A DNA stretch of 60,608 nucleotides, filler included, from Candidatus Babelota bacterium (GTDB taxonomy: Bacteria > JAGOBX01), in the NCBI GenBank assembly GCA_017999075.1. It is 12 parts of 12 records of this genome, joined end to end, with 100 filler letters (N's around TTAATTAATTAA, not from the genome) between each part and the next. Parts side by side here need not be neighbours in the genome. Positions count along the whole stretch, not along the records: positions 53,053 to 56,781 come from JAGOBX010000411.1; positions 56,882 to 60,608 come from JAGOBX010000412.1; 10 more parts are not named here. One strand, written 5' to 3'. Shown piece by piece: positions 53,183-60,608 of this stretch (positions are counted from its first letter, which is position 1; each line of letters opens with the position of its first letter). The translations under genes and the position numbers were made by a program. The notes under the pieces were generated by a model that saw nothing but the letters and a program-made list of their open reading frames with translations, ran no database searches and had not been told where the DNA came from.

Positions 53183-54574
53183 ATGGAAAATAATAATGAT
53201 ATAATTTACGGAATCAATGATAAACCTAAATTAAGTATTGCGGTTTTATTGGGAACCCAGCATGTATTTACTTTGTTTGGAGCAACTACACTTGTTCCAT
53301 TAATTTTAGGAAATTCTATTTTTGGAGCAGATAATTTAGCTATAGCTAATTTTGTTGGTAATGTTTATCTTGGCATGGGAATAGCAACTTTGCTTCAATT
53401 ATATGCAGGTTCATGTCTGCCGATTATTCAAGGTTCGAGTTTTGCGTTTTTAACTCCTTTTTTTGCTATAATAACATTAGTTAAAACTGCTGGTGGGGGT
53501 TCGGCTGAAATAATGCAAGTTATATCCGGCGCGCTAATAGCTGGAGGTTTAATTGAAGCGGTTCTTGGCTATACAGGTTTTGTAGGAAAATTAAAAAGAA
53601 TTATTACTCCTGTAGTTATAGGTCCTACAATAATGCTTATTGGTTTCAGTTTATTTGATGTGGCTGTTGAATTTAACGCTGCTAAATATTGGCCAGTCTC
53701 TTTGCTCGTTGTTGCATTTATTTTTTTCTTCACTCTTATTTCTAAAGGGAAAACCCGTTTATTTCCTGTTTTGTTATCAATAATAATTGTTTATATTTTA
53801 TGTTTGATTTTGTCCGTATTAAATATTTTTGATTCAATGCATCCGGCTTATGTTAATTTGAAAGTAATTAAAGATTCTGACTGGTTCAGATTACCTTCTG
53901 TTTTTCCATTTGGTGGCCCTCAGTTTAATTTAAGCGCTATATTTGCAGTATTTGCAGCATTTTTAGCTTCAATTATAGAATCAATTGGTGATTATCATTC
54001 TGTTTCTTATGTATCTGGATTGAAAGATCCCGAACCTAAAACAATAAGTAAAGGCATAGGCGCAGAAGGAATCGGCTGTATATTTAATGGGTTAATAGGA
54101 GGAGCAGCCACCACGAGTTATACTGAAAATATCGGTCTTATTAATATTACTAAAGTTGCTTCTAAATATGTAGTTTTTATAGCTGCCGTTATTTTAATAT
54201 GTTTAAGTTTTTTTTCTAAATTAGGGTCAATAATATCTACAATGCCTTCCCCAATAATAGGTGGAGCATACATAGCATTATTTGGAGTTATAGGTTCACT
54301 GGGGATTCAAACTTTAACGAAATGTGATTTAAAATCTCAGCGCAATTTAATGATAATTGGTTTTGCCTTTTTAATGGGATTGGGAGTTGGGAAATGGATG
54401 CCTGAGTTTTATAAATCAAATCCTTGTTTGTTAGGGGAATCAGTAACTGAAAAAATTTGTTGGGACATTATGGGTTCAATTTTTTCTACTCCAATGGGAG
54501 TTGGTGCAATTTGCGCGTTGCTTCTTGATAACATATTGCCGGGAACAAATGCTGAACGCGGTTTGACTGAATAA
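53183..54574 (+). CDS. NCS2-family uracil/xanthine permease
   Basis: LGTQH, LP..QGSSFAF, PVVIGP, ESIGD, TSYTENIGL..TKVAS, RNL.I; likely ATG at 53183. Confidence 0.93.
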   Translation: MENNNDIIYGINDKPKLSIAVLLGTQHVFTLFGATTLVPLILGNSIFGADNLAIANFVGNVYLGMGIATLLQLYAGSCLPIIQGSSFAFLTPFFAIITLVKTAGGGSAEIMQVISGALIAGGLIEAVLGYTGFVGKLKRIITPVVIGPTIMLIGFSLFDVAVEFNAAKYWPVSLLVVAFIFFFTLISKGKTRLFPVLLSIIIVYILCLILSVLNIFDSMHPAYVNLKVIKDSDWFRLPSVFPFGGPQFNLSAIFAVFAAFLASIIESIGDYHSVSYVSGLKDPEPKTISKGIGAEGIGCIFNGLIGGAATTSYTENIGLINITKVASKYVVFIAAVILICLSFFSKLGSIISTMPSPIIGGAYIALFGVIGSLGIQTLTKCDLKSQRNLMIIGFAFLMGLGVGKWMPEFYKSNPCLLGESVTEKICWDIMGSIFSTPMGVGAICALLLDNILPGTNAERGLTE

Positions 54575-54645
54575 AAATAAATTAAATTTAATTATAAATA
54601 TTTTGACAAATTACAGGTATTGTTATAAATTATTTTCACTAACAA

Positions 54646-55407
54646 ATGAAAAAAAATATAATCCTACTGCTGTTATCTTTTATAATAATAGGTGCGTTAA
54701 TTTATTTTACAAAACGCGAAGATAATATTTTTTCTGTAAATATTGTAAATTTTAATGAATCGAATTATAACTCTCATTTTTTTCAAAACAAGATTAAATT
54801 TATTATTAGTAATTTTTTGCCGGAAAACACTATTTTGTTTTATTCACTAAATGATGATCCATCGTATAAATTAAAAGACGGAATGGATAAATTTTTTTTT
54901 GATAAATTTAAAAATATCGGTTTTTTCTTGAAAAATCGATATTTTTCAGATACAAAATTAATCAATAATAATTCAACCGGTCAATTGAATTTTATGGTAA
55001 AATCCGAAATAATTGAAATGCAAAATATAAAATTTTTTATAATAAAGATTTTTGAGGTTAATGAATCTAACAACCAAATAAATAATTTAAATATTTCTGA
55101 TTCGCCAGTTCGATTAATACAAAATAAAATCAATCAATATGAAAAAAAATATGATTATATTATTATATCCGGAAAAATTCCCATTGAAACTGTAGGAAAA
55201 ATCTGTATGGGAGTTTCAAAAATAAATTTATTTATTTGGATTAATAGCGATTATGAATTGCATAAAGAAAAAAAAGTATGGAATGAAGTTCCTGTAATAA
55301 ATCCCGGAATAGATAATGAATATATTGGCATAACTAAAATTAATTTTATAAAATCAAACCGCCTGTTTCATTCAATGAATACGGAACTGGCAAGCATCAA
55401 ACAATGA
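54646..55407 (+). CDS. Membrane-anchored hypothetical protein, degenerate 5'-nucleotidase (metallophosphoesterase)-like
   Basis: N-terminal TM helix; IKFFII...SP....I......DYIII....INLFI...VPVINPG...IG pattern without the metal-binding His/Asp residues. Confidence 0.5.
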   Translation: MKKNIILLLLSFIIIGALIYFTKREDNIFSVNIVNFNESNYNSHFFQNKIKFIISNFLPENTILFYSLNDDPSYKLKDGMDKFFFDKFKNIGFFLKNRYFSDTKLINNNSTGQLNFMVKSEIIEMQNIKFFIIKIFEVNESNNQINNLNISDSPVRLIQNKINQYEKKYDYIIISGKIPIETVGKICMGVSKINLFIWINSDYELHKEKKVWNEVPVINPGIDNEYIGITKINFIKSNRLFHSMNTELASIKQ

Positions 55408-56781
55408 ATAAAATTAAAAATAAAAAAAAATTAACATCAATAATACTATTTATAATAAGCGTCGCAGCTTATTACAGAGCGACATCGGCATATTTTGTCG
55501 CGGATGATTTTTTTTATTTATATCAAAGAAATAACCCTGATTTTTATTCACCGTTTACCCATTTTTTTTACCAGCCTATAACTTTAGGAATTTATTATTT
55601 GAATTATTTTTGGGCAGGTTTTGATCATTTTAAATATCATTGGTTTGTAATTATTTTAAATGGATTAAACAATATTATTTTTTTCAATATCGCATATTTG
55701 CTTACTGGAGGCATATTTCGGGCATTTATTATTTCGCTTTTATCTGCCATATATTATTTTTCCGCAGACAATATGATTTGGATAAACTGTACAAATAATG
55801 TTTTATGTGCATTTTTTTATTTTTTATCTATCTTGTATTCTATAAAATTCAATAATTCTAAACAAAAAAAACATTTGATATTTATGTTGCTGTTTTTGAA
55901 TTCAGCATTATATACCAGGGAAATGGGAGTATCCCTGTTCATAGTTTTGATAATTCTCGATGCTGTATACTTTTTTAGGAAAAAAACATTATCCCTCGAT
56001 TTTAAATTTTTTTTAAAAAAACACTCTTTCGTTGTTTTGTCCGGATTTATATATATTTTCATAATGGCATTAGGCCCTACATTCAGATATAAAAAATTAA
56101 GTTTTGACAGAGGAGCCTATGAATTAATATTTGATATTAAAAGCATCTTAATTAATATTAACTGGTTTTTTTTCCGGACATTCATACCATTCTCATTTGG
56201 TTCTCATTTTAAATTTGATATAATTCATAATATTATACAAATTGTCAGATTTAATTATATTTCCTTAATATCAATTTTTATTTTATCATTTATTATCAGA
56301 AACAGGCACTTTTATTTTGGAGTTCTGTGGATATTAATTACTGCATCACCATATTTGCTTTTAAATATATATTTTGTTCATACAGGAGAGAGGTATTTTT
56401 ATCTCCCGCATATGGGATTAGGTTTTATGCTGATTGGTATATGGGTATATTTAAAAAACTATTTAAAAAATGTTACTGCAAAAAAAATCACGGCAATATT
56501 TTTGATGTTAATTTTAGTCTTATACAGCGTTGTATCTTTTTACGCCATACAGCATAGAATAAATTCATGGATAGATGCAGGAAATATAAGTTATAGATTT
56601 TTGGACAGCGTAAAAAAAACTTTTTCCGATATACCTGAAAATTCAGTGCTATTTATTAAAAACGTCCCGAGATGGCGTTCCAGCCCGCCTAAATTAATTG
56701 TTTTAATAACAGGAGCATCATTTGCTTTAAATTTACATTATGAAAAAAAAAATATTGAAGTAGTTCCCTACTGGGAAGATG
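55404..56781 (+). CDS. Polytopic GT-C-like membrane protein, 3'-truncated
   Basis: YFVADDF, FYQPI, ALYTRE, ERYFYLP; many TM helices. Confidence 0.7.
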
Positions 56782-56883
56782 NNNNNNNNNNNNNNNNNNN
56801 NNNNNNNNNNNNNNNNNNNNNNNNNTTAATTAATTAANNNNNNNNNNNNNNNNNNNNNNNNNNNNNNNNNNNNNNNNNNNNAT

Positions 56884-59800
56884 ACTCATCCGAATATAAT
56901 GCAGATATATTATGCTGATACCGGAACATATATAACATTAACTGACACATATATTGATGCAATAGGGACAAAAGTTAACCGCGATATATACATAGGACAT
57001 AATACTGCAGAGCTAAGTCTGTTAAACCCTCAGTCAAACGGATACGCAGGTAAATCAGCAGAAATATTATTAACTGCAAATAAATACTGCGAATATATAG
57101 ATTCATATACTGCGATAATTTATCAAGCTGACGATACATCAAAAACAGATTTTAAAAAAAGCGGAACAAACGGATTTTATATTATTAATACAAATATCGA
57201 GTTTGAAAATTGTTCTGAAACAGTAATTTTAGAAATCGATCAGACAACATATCACGGAGATACAGGGACCGACACATTTGTATTTTATGTTGATAAATAT
57301 GCTCCTGTATCAATAACAAAATACGACACTGCCGGAAGCGGGATAGACGGCATAACGCTTGTTGAAGAACCGGGCAGAATGCGAGTGAAAATCGACTGGT
57401 CTGCGGATCCCGCCATAGATACTGGTTCAGGATTAAAAGGATATAATATTTACAGAAGCGAAACAGAAATAACGGATTTGACGCAAGCTGTTAAAATAGG
57501 GGAAACATCGTTTTATATTACCGGATATACTGATAAAGCGCCGGCGCCATTTAAAACTTATTATTATGCTGTAACATCGGTAGATAATGTCGGCAATGAA
57601 CAACAGATGTTTGATGATTATCCAATAGAAATCAGTTATGACAGCGAACCGCCTGTATCATTGACGAATGATATTTCAGAAGGTATAGACGCAATAAAAT
57701 TGGTTGCAGATACAATTGCCAGAACTGTAACATTAGATTGGTCAGCAGATATGCCTGAAGATAATTATAAGATATTATATTATAACATATACAGAGACAC
57801 AGAAGTTATCACCGAAGAACAGAGAACCGCGTGCGAACTGATAATATATGATTCTATACCTGCGCCTGCAAACATTTATATTGATGTAAAACCGGAAAAG
57901 ACTCCTGAATATTATTATTATGCAATAACAGCTGTTGACAATTTTGGTAACGAACAGATCATATCTCCGTATGCGTTTTATATACAGAAACCTGCAAGTT
58001 ATAAAGAAGAGTGTACAATCTGGTATGCGGACGCTTCAAATGGCAGCGATTACAATAACGGAGGTTCAGAGACCGAAGCTTTTTTAACGATAAATCAGAC
58101 GATGCAAGCAATAGAATATTCACGACAGAATACAGAAACTCAAACGCGGACAGATAAAATAATACTAATGCCCGGAATATACGATGAAGAAATTAAAATT
58201 TCAGCAAACAATATTTGTATTGAAGGATTGAAAGAAAAAAGTGAAGAGATTATATTGAAATGCAGCGGAGATAATATTGGTATAATAAGCGGAGAAAACG
58301 AAAACCCCTCCAATTTAAAAATAAAAAATTTAACAGTAGAAATGGGAGACAACACTCTAATTTACGCAATAGGCGGAGACATAGAAATTTCTAATATAAT
58401 ATTTAGAGATGAACCCGGAAAAGAAGTGGCTTACGGAGGAGTAATTGTTGCTGAAATAAATATGGATTCATTAAAAGTTATGAACTGTATATTTGATTTT
58501 AAAACCGACGATTATTCAAATTTTATTGATGTGTGCGCAGGCGAGCTAAAACTGAATTTTTTAAACAACACATTTTACGGAGCAAAATCAAGCGATGCTT
58601 TTATTTTTTGGGAAGGTGGAGTTTTTGATTTAGTATTATATGGAAACAAAATATTTATTGAAGAAAATAATTCAGTTAAATATTCGGTGTTTAATGAAGA
58701 AGCAGCAAACAGCAAAAAATCCGATTATAATATTTTAATAACCGGAAACAGGGAAGATAAAATTATATGGAACAGTAATGGAACGCAGTATTCCGCATTA
58801 GAAATCAGAGAGTGGAAAAACAATTTTGAGGGAGAAACAAACAGTGTAATATATAGCGGAATAGCAGGAACAGACAACGGCGGCTCAATAACTCCTGACA
58901 GTTATATATTAAATTTTGATGCTGATCTGGATGGAGACGGAACAAACGATAATGGAAAAACAGTATATTATATAGGAAGTTTCGGTTTGGCAAATCCGTT
59001 TGAACCGCGTGAAAACGCTAAACCGGAAATAAGCGGGATAAAAATAAATGATGAAGAAATACCTGTTCAAATTTTAGATGAAATAAATAATATCTGCTGG
59101 AATTATACAGATCCGGAAAATGATAAACAGACAGATGTATGGGTTCAGATATCACAGGATTCTAATTTTAATATTGCTGACATAATTGATTCGCAATTGA
59201 TTTGTTATGATACGAATTTTATATATTTTAACCGGATAATTTTGGATAACGCCGATACTTTATTTATAAGAATGCGTTTAAATGACGGATACGTTTCTTC
59301 AAACAATTTATCATACTGGTCAGAGTGGTCGAATGTTTATCAAATTAATAATTCAGATGGAGCTGATACCGAATTGGAAAAAGATACTATTCCGCCTGTA
59401 ATATCATTAAAATATACGCAATTGCCTGCAATAACAAATCAGAATATAATATTATCAGATTATTTTGAAGTAAGCGATAATGTTAGTTCATCAGACAAAA
59501 TCACAATAACCGGAAATACAGGGTTATATGATGCAGAAAATAATTATTCGGTAATCGTCATAGCAATTGACGAGGCAGGAAACACTACATCAAGAGAGTT
59601 TAATTTTATAATAGACAAAAGCGCTCCGTATATTAATGCAAAATGTTTTACAGTTGAAAATGGAATGGATTCTGAGATATCATTATCGGTTGATAAATGG
59701 TATAATAAAACAGTGAAAATAATATTTTCTGCAAGAGATAATTTATCGGGAGTTTCTGATACTGAAGAAATTATTATAATTCAATCTGAAGGTCAGAATC

Positions 59801-60608
59801 AATCTGCAGAATGGTCGGTAAGCGATTATGCCGGGAATATGTCATATTTAAAAATAGAAAATATTAATATAGATAAAACAGAACCTCGAATTGAATTAGT
59901 CAAACGAATAAATGAATTTGTGAATAGCGATGTAATTTTGGAATATAACGCAAATGATTCGAATGTAGTAATAATATACGGAGATAACAGTCCATATACA
60001 AGCGAAGGATTGCATAATGTGGTTTTGACAGCTACGGATGCCGCGGGAAATACTTCAAGTTTAATTTTGAGTTTTATGATAGATAAGACCGCGCCAGCGA
60101 TAAGTGCAGAGTGCAGCGTACTGAACGCAGAGAATGGAGAATGGCAAACAGTTCAGCCTGCGGAAAATGTTTGGTTTAATAAGGTAGTTAAAATTACATT
60201 TACAGCTACTGATAATCTCTCTGGTTTGATAGAGGATTCAAAAACCATAATTTTATCTGAAGAAAGTTATAATCAATCAGCGTTGTGGATAGCGCAAGAC
60301 TTAGCTGGAAATACCTCGGTGTTCTCTGTGGACAAAATTAATATTGATAAGACCGCGCCTGTATTAACGATTAATCCTGTTGTTACGCCGACTAATCAAG
60401 ATGTGATTTTAAGTTATTCGGTTAATGAGGAATGCGTAGTATCAGGCGATACGATTTTTACGAACGAAGGAAATTACACAGCGATATTGACAGCCACTGA
60501 TTTAGCGGGAAATACAACAAGCGCGAGCGTATCGTTTACGATAGATAAGACTGAGCCAGCGATAAGTGCAGAATGCACCATACTGAACGCAGATAATGGA
60601 GAATGGCA
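56884..60608 (+). CDS. Internal fragment (>1240 aa) of a giant extracellular protein: FN3, right-handed beta-helix and Ig-like (DKTAP) repeats
   Basis: Absent from the ORF track because it has no stop. Reading by eye, the frame from 56884 stays open to the end: GYNIYRS..YYYAVTSVD.VGNE x2, WYADASNGSD.N.G....F.TI..MPGIY.E, DLDGDG, A.D.AGN...IDKT.P repeats. Confidence 0.9.

Overview
This window is not one locus. It is 12 unlinked contigs of a very AT-rich bacterial genome (probably a MAG), joined by artificial 100-bp N44-TTAATTAATTAA-N44 linkers at 3830, 7757, 11681, 15576, 19468, 23350, 27220, 31090, 49108, 52953 and 56782. Eleven contigs are ~3.7-3.8 kb and one is ~17.9 kb (31190-49107), so synteny only holds within a contig. 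The genetic code is standard (TGA ends several conserved genes). Housekeeping genes: znuACB-type metal ABC transporter, dapF, hisD, leuC, pssA, yceD, tex, proB, obgE, CBS-type ppaC, thiL, an NCS2 permease and tRNA-Ser(CGA). Motility and sensing genes: four chemoreceptors, a cheD fragment, two hemerythrin-containing sensors and a sigma28-preceded slt-motE-fliK block. There are also many glycosylation genes and two very large modular FN3/Ig/CBM proteins. Best leads: (1) a HAD / nucleotidyltransferase / CofD(YvcK)-GT2 fusion / GT-C operon that may build a phospho-modified glycan; (2) a RecJ-like scaffold that lost its DHH motifs but carries an intact inserted DEDDh exonuclease; (3) a structured RNA candidate upstream of fliK; (4) a nested CBM20::CBM48/FN3 protein interrupted by one in-frame TGA; (5) a ThiL with four copies of its GIGDD motif; (6) tandem MCPs with a non-canonical signalling tip. 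No CRISPR array, integrase, transposase or defence system was seen. All family assignments are from motif recognition by eye, not database searches.
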